Origin: Candidatus Zixiibacteriota bacterium | GTDB lineage: Bacteria > Zixibacteria > MSB-5A5 > GN15 > FEB-12 | Length of the DNA stretch: 64,000 nt | NCBI GenBank assembly: GCA_024280215.1 | Contig: JAJRQO010000012.1 | Coordinates: forward strand, 50,553 to 114,552 | Direction: 5' to 3' | In this document: one piece after another, positions 29,255-36,685 of the stretch | Layout: every line of letters starts with the position of its first letter | Position numbering within the stretch: the stretch's first letter is position 1 | The notes under the pieces: model-generated | The model's input: only the letters and a program-made list of their open reading frames with translations | What the model was told of the DNA's origin: nothing | Database searches by the model: none | Position numbers and translations under genes: made by a program

Positions 29255-29286
29255 GTAGGTCAGAAGCCCTGTGCTTCTGACTTTTT
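29255..29286 (+). terminator. GTAGG-headed REP-like hairpin (AGAAGCCCTGTGCTTCT variant) with a T-run
   Basis: GTAGGTCAGAAGC-cctgt-GCTTCTGAC followed by T5. It is flanked by 13-nt direct repeats GTCTTGACAATTT (29232-29244 and 29296-29308). Confidence 0.7.
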
Positions 29287-29298
29287 ATTTTACTGGTC

Positions 29299-29328
29299 TT
29301 GACAATTTCAAAATATTATAGATATTAT
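29299..29328 (+). promoter_or_regulatory. Candidate sigma-70 promoter TTGACA-N18-TATTAT
   Basis: Read from the sequence. It lies upstream of the SDR gene. Confidence 0.3.
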
Positions 29329-29329
29329 A

Positions 29330-29362
29330 CAGACCGTTAGTTTTTAGCGGTCTGTTTTTTTT
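29330..29362 (+). terminator. Hairpin plus T8 lying 23 nt upstream of the SDR gene start
   Basis: CAGACCG-ttagtttttag-CGGTCTG followed by T8. Confidence 0.6.
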
Positions 29363-29384
29363 AACTTTTAATCAGGACATACAA

Positions 29385-30443
29385 TTGCAAAATAAACGAG
29401 TTCTTATAACAGGCGGTGCAGGTTTCTTAGGTCTGCACTTAGCAAAAAACCTTCCTCAGCGTGGAGTGGCAGCTTTAGTTCTCAATGACATCGCTCCATT
29501 TATGGAAAATGAATATACCGATGACATGCTTTTGGTCAAACAGGATGTTCGTGATGCTGACGGTATGTACAAACTTATCAAAGATAACAAAATTGACATT
29601 ATCATACATTGTGCTGCGGCACTTCCTCTTTGGAAAAATGAAGAAATCTATTCTACAAATATTCAGGGTGTTCGCAATACATTAGAACAAGCTCAAAAAT
29701 GCAATGTCGAACGGGTTATATTTATCAGCTCAACTGCTGTCTATGGTGTGCCCGACAAACATCCCCTTGTTGAAGCCGACCCGATGGTTGGTGTTGGTGC
29801 TTACGGCGAAAGTAAAATCGCTGGCGAACATGTTTGTCAGGAGTTCCGTGAAAAAGGGATGTGTATCGCGACCATTCGTCCGAAAACATTTATCGGAACT
29901 GCTCGGCTTGGTGTCTTCCAAATTTTGTACGATTGGGTCGACTGTGGTAAAAAAATTCCAATTATCGGTAAAGGCGACAACCTCTATCAACTGCTTGAAG
30001 TTACAGATTTAATTGAAGCAATTTCTTTGGCGGCATCATGTCCTGCCGAAGATGTCAACGATACATTTAATGTTGGTTCACAAGTATTTGATGAAGTGAG
30101 AAACGACGTTGGTGCCTTGTGTGATTATTCAGGCAACGGTGCCAAAGTGATGCCGACTCCTGCAATAATTGTTAAACCTGCTTTAGCATTTTTTGAAATG
30201 ATAAAAGTCTCGCCTCTTTATAAATGGGTCTATGGAACCGCAGATAAAGATTCCTATGTCTCAACAGAAAAAATTGAAAAGAGACTTGGTTGGAAATCAA
30301 AATTCTCAAACAAAGATGCACTCATCACATCACATACGTGGTATCTTGAACATAAAGAAGAACTGAAACACCGTGAAGCGGGAATAACTCACATGGTCGG
30401 CTGGGACCAAGGGATATTGAAATTCTTCAAACGGTTCTTGTAA
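29385..30443 (+). CDS. NAD-dependent epimerase/dehydratase (extended SDR)
   Basis: VLITGGAGFLG Rossmann motif and the YGESK catalytic motif. The start is TTG, with no nearby ATG. Confidence 0.85.
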   Translation: MQNKRVLITGGAGFLGLHLAKNLPQRGVAALVLNDIAPFMENEYTDDMLLVKQDVRDADGMYKLIKDNKIDIIIHCAAALPLWKNEEIYSTNIQGVRNTLEQAQKCNVERVIFISSTAVYGVPDKHPLVEADPMVGVGAYGESKIAGEHVCQEFREKGMCIATIRPKTFIGTARLGVFQILYDWVDCGKKIPIIGKGDNLYQLLEVTDLIEAISLAASCPAEDVNDTFNVGSQVFDEVRNDVGALCDYSGNGAKVMPTPAIIVKPALAFFEMIKVSPLYKWVYGTADKDSYVSTEKIEKRLGWKSKFSNKDALITSHTWYLEHKEELKHREAGITHMVGWDQGILKFFKRFL

Positions 30444-30456
30444 AATTTGACTATCA

Positions 30457-30483
30457 TGTCACCCTGAGCTTGTAGAAGTATGG
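30457..30483 (+). repeat. REP-like repeat TGTCACCCTGAGC... (decayed)
   Basis: tgtcaccctgagcttgtagaagtatgg. Compare 31432, tgtcatactgagcggagtcgaagtatg. Confidence 0.6.
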
Positions 30484-30496
30484 TCAAATAATTTTT

Positions 30497-30531
30497 GTAG
30501 GGCAGGTCTCGCTTTTGAGACCTGCCTTTTT
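30497..30531 (+). terminator. GTAGG-headed REP-like hairpin with a T-run (second copy of the 19546 element)
   Basis: GTAGGGCAGGTCTCG-ctttt-GAGACCTGCC followed by T5. Confidence 0.75.
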
Positions 30532-30562
30532 ATGTATAAGCTCGTCATTTCAAATTTTCCCT

Positions 30563-30690
30563 ATAATCTCTTCACCCTCTATGCCTTACAGCTAATTGGC
30601 TTTGTTTTGTCAAATTTAACTTTTTTGCATATCCCTCATCAAGGTTCAGGCATTACTATAGTCTGCATGGCAGACGCCCTCGTCTGCCAA
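30563..30690 (+). repeat. Left arm of a long imperfect inverted repeat (ends in the hairpin TGCATGGCAGACGCCCTCGTCTGCCAA)
   Basis: Aligns by eye with the reverse complement of 31600-31716. Shared blocks are TAATCTCTT, CTTACAGC.AATTGG..TTGTTTT...AAATTT.A.TTTTTT and the terminal 27-nt hairpin. Confidence 0.65.
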
Positions 30691-30796
30691 TGAAACAAAA
30701 CTGTTTTGAAATAAAATTTTCAGCATCATATAAAATAGAGGGAGTTATAATTTTACTTAGAGTGTGTAGAGAAAATGAAAATAAGTATTCTTGAAA

Positions 30797-30825
30797 TGTC
30801 ATTCCCAACTTGATTGGGAATCCAG
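30797..30825 (+). repeat. REP-like repeat TGTCATTCCCAACTTGATTGGGAATCCAG
   Basis: Identical core to the copy at 19509. Confidence 0.8.
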
Positions 30826-30832
30826 TATACGT

Positions 30833-31246
30833 TTAATTGCAGCATCTCAATAATATTTTATTATCAAGTTTACGCATTTTAACAAGTAGCCTAAAGTAAC
30901 AATGGGCAATTATGACTCCATCATCACGTAATGTATCTGCTGGAAACACTGGTAAAAGTTGGATCCAATACGCTAAGCTATCTTCTAAAAACTCGACCTC
31001 TAAAGAATCAGTATCGTATTCAAAATTTGCAAATTCACTTAAAGCACTATCGAGAAATATACTTTCTTGAACTGTGTAAGGCATATTAACACTTGTGCAT
31101 AGTTTTTTATACGTATCAAAATTAGAACATTCTTCGGGGTATTTTCCTCTTTGCATCCAACTACAAGCGTTAAATGAAAATATTGCACATAGTATAATGA
31201 CAATTAGAACAATTCGTTTGTCAAAAATATTAATTATGTCCACCAA
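30833..31246 (-). CDS. Hypothetical lipoprotein (137 aa) inside the inverted-repeat-flanked segment
   Basis: This is the only sizeable ORF in the 1.57-kb repeat-dense region. It has a hydrophobic leader with lipobox-like FSFNAC. I recognise no family. Confidence 0.45.
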   Translation of the reverse strand: MVDIINIFDKRIVLIVIILCAIFSFNACSWMQRGKYPEECSNFDTYKKLCTSVNMPYTVQESIFLDSALSEFANFEYDTDSLEVEFLEDSLAYWIQLLPVFPADTLRDDGVIIAHCYFRLLVKMRKLDNKILLRCCN

Positions 31247-31304
31247 TTCGTTTCATTTTTAATAAAGTACAATAGTTTCATAATAAACACCAACTTTAAT
31301 ATTA

Positions 31305-31327
31305 GTCAGGTCTCGGAAAGATCTGCC
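31305..31327 (+). repeat. REP-like unit GTCAGGTCTCGGAAAGATCTGCC
   Basis: Related copies at 31784 and 53359. Confidence 0.6.
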
Positions 31328-31332
31328 GGGTG

Positions 31333-31493
31333 CCCCACCGCTTGGGGCTTGTTGAAAAAGTCCAAACAGTCTTTCAAGACCCTTCGACTCCGCTCAGGGT
31401 GACTTGAAAGACAACAACTTACAATCTGTCATACTGAGCGGAGTCGAAGTATGTTCCAAAGTAGAGGTTTTTCAACAAGCCCCTTGCGGTGGG
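31333..31493. repeat. About 160-bp composite palindrome (REPIN-like)
   Basis: Two inverted copies of a module. Outer arms: CCCCACCGCTTGGGGCTTGTTGAAAAAG versus TTTTTCAACAAGCCCCTTGCGGTGGG. Inner arms: ...CCCTTCGACTCCGCTCAGGGTGAC versus TGTCATACTGAGCGGAGTCGAAGTATG. Confidence 0.7.
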
Positions 31494-31599
31494 AATAGTA
31501 ACACTTCGACACTTTCCTTACACAATCAACGCAGTTTCTTTTTAATCATTCCTATATATGCTATTAATTATTTTACCAATGAGATTATTAATAGTTCTG

Positions 31600-31716
31600 T
31601 TGGCAGACGGGGACGTCTGCCATGCACATAATCAAGGAATAAAGGAGGTCGTGAAAAAACTCAAATTTCGTAAAACAACCCCAATTTGCTGTAAGTGAAA
31701 AACACCTAAGAGATTA
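31600..31716 (-). repeat. Right arm of the long imperfect inverted repeat (starts with the hairpin TTGGCAGACGGGGACGTCTGCCATGCA)
   Basis: See 30563-30690. Confidence 0.65.
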
Positions 31717-31783
31717 CAGTAAAAAAGTTGCTCTTCAAATTGTGGACAACCTGAAGGCTGTTTCACTATGTATTATATAAATA

Positions 31784-31810
31784 GTCAGGTCTCGGAAAGA
31801 CCTCGCCTAC
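31784..31810 (-). repeat. REP-like unit ending in CCTAC
   Basis: gtcaggtctcggaaagacctcgCCTAC. Confidence 0.65.
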
Positions 31811-31822
31811 TGGTTATTATAA

Positions 31823-31855
31823 GGGCGTTACATGTAACGCCCCAACATGCCCTAC
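31823..31855 (-). repeat. REP-like unit GGGCGTTACATGTAACGCCCC..CCCTAC
   Basis: The same palindrome occurs at 53547, and related ones at 48741 and 34186. Confidence 0.7.
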
Positions 31856-31863
31856 AAATAATT

Positions 31864-31909
31864 GTCGGGTTCTGCATTCGCCAAGGCGAACGCTTGGAAC
31901 ACGACCTAC
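31864..31909 (-). repeat. REP-like nested palindrome ending in CCTAC
   Basis: gtcgggttctgcaTTCGCCaaGGCGAAcgcttggaacacgaCCTAC. Confidence 0.6.
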
Positions 31910-31927
31910 GGATTGAATAAAACTACT

Positions 31928-31952
31928 GGTTCCCCGATCAAGTCGGGGATGG
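31928..31952 (-). repeat. Reverse-oriented relative of the CATTCCCAACTTGATTGGGAATCC variant
   Basis: ggTTCCCCGAtcaagTCGGGGAtgg. Confidence 0.55.
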
Positions 31953-31980
31953 TTTGAGGAAGCTAAATATATTGTTATGT

Positions 31981-32010
31981 GTAGGGGCGAACACACAGGT
32001 TCGCCCCTAC
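31981..32010. repeat. Double-headed REP-like palindrome GTAGGGGCGAAC-acacag-GTTCGCCCCTAC, just downstream of the VWA gene stop
   Basis: Perfect 12-bp arms. It is the probable terminator for 32018-34048. Confidence 0.75.
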
Positions 32011-32017
32011 GCTAACA

Positions 32018-34048
32018 CTATCTCTGTGCTAAGTTCTCTTCGAAGCGGTTTGTTTTGGCGATCATGCTGATCAGTTCGATGAGTTCGTCAGTATGATGTT
32101 CACCCAATAGTTCTGCGGCTACGCTAAGCAATTTCTGCGGTTCAGAATCTTTTGCCCAGTAAGATTTACGAAGAACTTCCGCATATTCTGCCGCAACTGT
32201 TGCTAGTCTAAACTCATACGATGCTCTTTCAAATTCTCTATGGAACATCGATTTTTGAATCCCACGATTTATCTCAGAGACTTCTTCACCGCTATCATCT
32301 TTATAACGGACATAGACCGTACCAACATAGTCAGACTTAGCATCTTTGACATACTTGATTTCATAGAGTGCAGTCACTTCATGCCCCGCACCAATCTCGC
32401 CACCATCTTCTTTGTCATCACGAAATTTATTATCGGCGACATCACGGTTCTCATAACCAAGCAAACGATACGACCGCACAACCTGCGGATTAAAGTCAAC
32501 TTGTATTTTTACATCACGAGCAATCACTTGCAAGTTCCCTGTTAGGTTCTCAACAAATATCCGATGGGCTTCATTGATATCGTCGACATAAGCATAGGAA
32601 CCATTCCCTTTGTTGCCGAGTTTTTCCATCATGATGTCATTATAGTTGCCCATACCAAAACCAATTGTTGAAAGAGTAATACCTTGGTCGGCATACGATT
32701 TAATCTGTTTTAAAATCTGATCGGCACCTGTTTGACCGACATTGGCAACACCATCGGAACAAAGTATAATCCGATTGATTTTTCGTTTATCAAAATTTTG
32801 TTGTGCCATTTTATAGCCAAGCATAATCCCTGCTTCGGCAATTGTTGCACCAGCAGTATTGAGCGCTTCTATTGCTCTGATGATACTCTGCTTGTTTCGA
32901 ATAGATGTTAGCTGCAGTCGAACTTCAGCGTAAGAACCATAGACGATAATTCCGACTCTATCGTTTTGATTGAGTTCATCAACAAGCATCCGTAACGCTT
33001 TTTTCACCAAGCCCAAACGGTTCCCTGAGCCCATCGAACCTGAAATATCAACGACAAAAACCAAGTTGGCATCTTTGCGATGTTCTTTGGCTATCTCTTT
33101 ACCTTTGATTCCTATTTTAAGCAGTTGCGAGTTAGTTCCAAACTGTGATGGAGCTCCCTCAAAATGAATATTGAATGGACGATTGCGAGGTGGTGCGTAG
33201 TTGTAATCAAAATGGTTGACGAACTCTTCAGTGCGGATAGCATCGTTTGGAGGCAGAGAACCACGATTGAGATATGAGCGAGCCATCACATACGAGGCAT
33301 CATCAACGTCGATTGCAAAGGTCGAAAGATGGTCATCTTCGGTGTCAACAAATGGATTGACTCCATAGTTCTCAAAAAACATAGCGTCGTATGCCTCGCC
33401 GTTGACAATCGCATTACCACCATGTGCAGGCATTGGAGGAGGAACCATGCAATTCATTGTGGTATTGCGTTTTTGCATAGAAAATTCTGATGGATGAGGT
33501 AATTTTTTAGAGCCATTTCTGCCACCGCGAATATAAACTTCTCCTTTGTTATTAGCTACAACTTCTGAAACAGCAGCTAAGAGTTCATCTACTGTTGTGA
33601 CAGGTGCAGTTTCGATTTGTTCACGCCCGAGAATAACTTGATTACCTACTTCAGTCATCCCCAGCTTGTTAATACTCCCTATAACAGAAATTGTCTTATC
33701 TAATTCAGAATTTTTTTTTGTCAACTGTAAAGAAATTGTTGTAGAAGAATCAGAGGTAACAACAACCAGTTGCACTTCTCCTGTTTTATATTCTAAATGA
33801 GAAATCCGCAAGGTATAGCTACCAGGCTTTAGACGTTTGATAAGATACTTCCCATCAAAATCAGACGTAGCTCCCATTGAGGTTCCTACTACTAATATAG
33901 ATGCCCCGATAATAGGATCACCAGATTTAACATCTGTCAAGGTTCCTTGAATCTGTCCTGTTTCTGGCGAACCAGCATCAATCATGGCGTTTGCAATAAG
34001 AAGAAGAGTGAGAAGAATTAGAATTGGAATAATTTTTTTTAGGCGCAT
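32018..34048 (-). CDS. YfbK-like von Willebrand factor A protein with an N-terminal CarboxypepD_reg-like domain
   Basis: Signal peptide and GTLTDVKSGDPIIGASI...TSDFDGKYLI (CarboxypepD_reg). The vWA MIDAS site is VFVVDISGSMGS. The C-terminal segment ...VRSYRLLGYENRDVADNKFRDDKEDGGEIGAGHEVTALYEI is typical of YfbK/DUF3520. Confidence 0.85.
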   Translation of the reverse strand: MRLKKIIPILILLTLLLIANAMIDAGSPETGQIQGTLTDVKSGDPIIGASILVVGTSMGATSDFDGKYLIKRLKPGSYTLRISHLEYKTGEVQLVVVTSDSSTTISLQLTKKNSELDKTISVIGSINKLGMTEVGNQVILGREQIETAPVTTVDELLAAVSEVVANNKGEVYIRGGRNGSKKLPHPSEFSMQKRNTTMNCMVPPPMPAHGGNAIVNGEAYDAMFFENYGVNPFVDTEDDHLSTFAIDVDDASYVMARSYLNRGSLPPNDAIRTEEFVNHFDYNYAPPRNRPFNIHFEGAPSQFGTNSQLLKIGIKGKEIAKEHRKDANLVFVVDISGSMGSGNRLGLVKKALRMLVDELNQNDRVGIIVYGSYAEVRLQLTSIRNKQSIIRAIEALNTAGATIAEAGIMLGYKMAQQNFDKRKINRIILCSDGVANVGQTGADQILKQIKSYADQGITLSTIGFGMGNYNDIMMEKLGNKGNGSYAYVDDINEAHRIFVENLTGNLQVIARDVKIQVDFNPQVVRSYRLLGYENRDVADNKFRDDKEDGGEIGAGHEVTALYEIKYVKDAKSDYVGTVYVRYKDDSGEEVSEINRGIQKSMFHREFERASYEFRLATVAAEYAEVLRKSYWAKDSEPQKLLSVAAELLGEHHTDELIELISMIAKTNRFEENLAQR

Positions 34049-34185
34049 AATCCACCTCCCATAAAAGGGTTATAATTTAACTATCGAGGGGATTACAATA
34101 TAAAGACGGCTTTCTTCCAAATTTTGTTTAGTAATATGGATTTATATTTTGAAAGAGGATGTAAGTTGTTGGGTTGTATGAAAAA

Positions 34186-34274
34186 GGGCGTTTTATAAAA
34201 CGACCTTACGAATCCGTTTGTAGGGTTGGGGCATGCCCCAACCTCTATTAGGAACAGGCATGCCAGTTCCCTAC
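34186..34274. repeat. Cluster of three REP-like palindromes
   Basis: gggcgttttataaaacgaccttac, GTAGGgttggggcatgccccaacc and ggaacaggcatgccagttcCCTAC. Confidence 0.7.
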
Positions 34275-34280
34275 GGTAGC

Positions 34281-34811
34281 TCAGCGAATCGAATACCCTT
34301 TTTTAAAATACCATATAATAGTAGCGAAAATTCCACCAACCAAAACAAGTGGTGTATACCCTAATGACTGCGCATTGCCAAGAGCTATCTCTATTGATTG
34401 ATAACAGAAAAATGTCATCATAAAAATAATTTCACTTTTAAGAAATAGAAGAAAAGTAAAAACCAGTTTTATCTGCCGCTCTAAATTTTCTTCAGTAAAC
34501 GTCCATGGCACATTTATCATTTGTGGAAACCGATGAGCCAACGACATAAGCAGATAGAGAAAAAAAGAAACTATTGGAAAAATTATCAGAGTGCTTTTCC
34601 CACCATACCCGTCGGCTTCTCCCTGTAGATTAAAATGTGTCGGTATAGTATCAGCGAGATCATTCCAATAATTAAAAATCAGATAGATTTGAAAAAGAAG
34701 CGACAACACTAAGACAACTTCAATGTTTATTTGCCATTGCTTTCTTTTGAAATCAAGTTTTTTCAACGATTCGTTTAAGTTATTAGGTATCATTTTAAAT
34801 TCATCCTTCAA
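34281..34811 (-). CDS. DUF1648-type membrane protein
   Basis: IPTHFNLQGEADGYGGK follows the first TM helix. There are four TM helices in total. Confidence 0.65.
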   Translation of the reverse strand: MKDEFKMIPNNLNESLKKLDFKRKQWQINIEVVLVLSLLFQIYLIFNYWNDLADTIPTHFNLQGEADGYGGKSTLIIFPIVSFFLYLLMSLAHRFPQMINVPWTFTEENLERQIKLVFTFLLFLKSEIIFMMTFFCYQSIEIALGNAQSLGYTPLVLVGGIFATIIWYFKKGYSIR

Positions 34812-34822
34812 ATTATCTTAAC

Positions 34823-34846
34823 GGAACAGGCATGCCAGTTCCCTAC
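34823..34846 (-). repeat. REP-like palindrome GGAACAGGCATGCCAGTTCCCTAC
   Basis: Identical to the copy at 34251. Confidence 0.8.
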
Positions 34847-34853
34847 AAAAAAT

Positions 34854-36500
34854 CTACCACCAGACTTGATTGCCGTCTTTGTCGATAGTGAAGATTCGTT
34901 CTTCTTTATTCGACCCTTCCACAACAAGCCAATACAATCCACCCGTCGGGACATCTTTAAAAACTAAAGGTTTGTCATCAACAGCGGTTTGTGTTCCAAG
35001 AGAGTTCCAGCCTGTTTTTTTTTCAAAAGTAATAGTATGATATTTGTCAGAATCACTATCCCAATAAAATAATTCATAGACTTTACCGTTTTCAAAACTT
35101 GATTGTATTGCTCCGTCAGTTGATTTTATTAACTTTCTTTTTGTCGTTGAATGTAACTTTAATTTTTTCTTTTTCTTTTTGTTAATTGACAACCATTCTA
35201 TTGATCCATCTTTATTCAGAAGCATTGGAGAGTATCCGCTTAAAGGGATAACCTCTTTACCTAAATACACTGCTGGAATATAAACTACATCCGTTCCCAT
35301 ATTAGTAAATGACCAAATTGCTTCTTCACTAAGAGTTTCTCCAATTTGTTTACCCCAATGAATAGCTTTCCACTCTCCTGAGTTAAAAACACAAAGATAT
35401 GGCTTAAACCTATCTATCTTAAATTGTATCTGCCCTATTATAAGCTCCACATCGGCAACATCCGTGTAATCAGCAGTGACATCCATATAGTTTTTGCCTT
35501 TGAGCCATGGTGGGATTTCAGTTCCTTCGGGTACTTGAAAAACTAAATTATCTTTTTGCTGGTCATATGTTTTGCGATAAACTTTGCCGACCTTGCCCGA
35601 CAATTTATAGTTCCCTGGTGATGCTTGGGCTCCCATAAATGGTATCACCTCTCCATCGGCTGTAACGATTGCATTCCAAGCATGGTTGTTTCCGCTGTTT
35701 GCCCAGTACGGCGTATAGTCCGAGGTCACCGCCAGCCCATTGGCACGCATAGCGTAAATTGTGATGTTGGTCATATCTTCGCATCGCCCAAGTTTGTTTT
35801 CAATCATTTCGGAAAGACCTTGGTCGGTCGGGTGTCGATAAAAACGAGGGTCAAAACCAAACCATGTTTTGATATCGTCGTTGATTAGAGCGGCTGCCTC
35901 AAGCGGGTTTGATTTATTCTCCATACTGTCAGAAATATATGCATACTTCTCATAAAAATACTTCCGCCACTCTTCAAGCGGTTCATTAGAGCCACGATAT
36001 GGCAGGATATATCTACAAAACTTTGTAAAATCAAAATTCTTCGCCCATGGTTTTTCTTGCCACGCTAAAAATGCATAGTCAATCTGGTTAATCAGGAACT
36101 CAGATGTGATATGTTCTAAATCATATAGTAGAGTATCTTTTTCATAATCAAGCTCACCCCGTATTTTTTCAATTTCACTCATCCCTATTTTCAGAGAATC
36201 ATAACTCGGATACGCCAGCACATCAATTGTTATATCAACGTTAGCTGTATCAAACCATCGGTATGTCGCATAGCTATGCTGTTCCATATTGGCAAGCAGA
36301 AACATCGTCGCTTCAAGTTTGAGGCTGTCGCCAGATGCGGTATAATGGTCGATGACTTTTTGCAGTTCGCCCGCATTGTCGCCAGCTTTTTCAAAAGCGA
36401 CTATTATCTCAGGTGAATCGAGCTTGTATTCAAATGCAAAACTGTTTGAAACGATGAATAGTATCAGAAAAAAAGAACATATTGATGACATTCTTGACAT
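34854..36500 (-). CDS. Secreted transglutaminase-like (Cys-His-Asp) domain protein
   Basis: Signal peptide. GRCEDMTNITIYAMRANGLAVTSDY...NHAWNAI is the transglutaminase-core Cys and His context. Confidence 0.8.
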   Translation of the reverse strand: MSRMSSICSFFLILFIVSNSFAFEYKLDSPEIIVAFEKAGDNAGELQKVIDHYTASGDSLKLEATMFLLANMEQHSYATYRWFDTANVDITIDVLAYPSYDSLKIGMSEIEKIRGELDYEKDTLLYDLEHITSEFLINQIDYAFLAWQEKPWAKNFDFTKFCRYILPYRGSNEPLEEWRKYFYEKYAYISDSMENKSNPLEAAALINDDIKTWFGFDPRFYRHPTDQGLSEMIENKLGRCEDMTNITIYAMRANGLAVTSDYTPYWANSGNNHAWNAIVTADGEVIPFMGAQASPGNYKLSGKVGKVYRKTYDQQKDNLVFQVPEGTEIPPWLKGKNYMDVTADYTDVADVELIIGQIQFKIDRFKPYLCVFNSGEWKAIHWGKQIGETLSEEAIWSFTNMGTDVVYIPAVYLGKEVIPLSGYSPMLLNKDGSIEWLSINKKKKKKLKLHSTTKRKLIKSTDGAIQSSFENGKVYELFYWDSDSDKYHTITFEKKTGWNSLGTQTAVDDKPLVFKDVPTGGLYWLVVEGSNKEERIFTIDKDGNQVWW

Positions 36501-36685
36501 AATGACTCCTTATTTAGCCCATATATAGTAAAATAAGCGACTCAAGATTCATTGGCAAGCGTTTCAGGCTTCAAAATCATGCAATTCTGAAATAAACACT
36601 TGAATAATTTCAGTTTACATCTTACTATTTACGATAACAATAAACCAATAATCTTCTAAATAAAGATAGATAATACGGGTATTCT

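Noticed and set aside
31305-31327. GTCAGGTCTCGGAAAG strings resembling the SRP RNA (4.5S) helix-8 region
   Set aside because: The motif occurs at least three times (31305, 31784 and 53359) as part of the repeat families. It lacks the flanking SRP helices.
31404-31631. 75-aa ORF from the ORF track
   Set aside because: It is composed entirely of read-through of REP-type repeats (GAGCGGAGTCGAAG, the CAACAAGCCCC arm and the GGCAGACGGGGACGTCTGCC hairpin). It has no SD.
30444-32017. Possible CRISPR array, because of the dense short palindromic repeats
   Set aside because: The repeats belong to many different sequence families and occur in both orientations. Their spacing is irregular and no constant repeat unit is present. 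There are no cas genes. REP/REPIN-type elements fit better.
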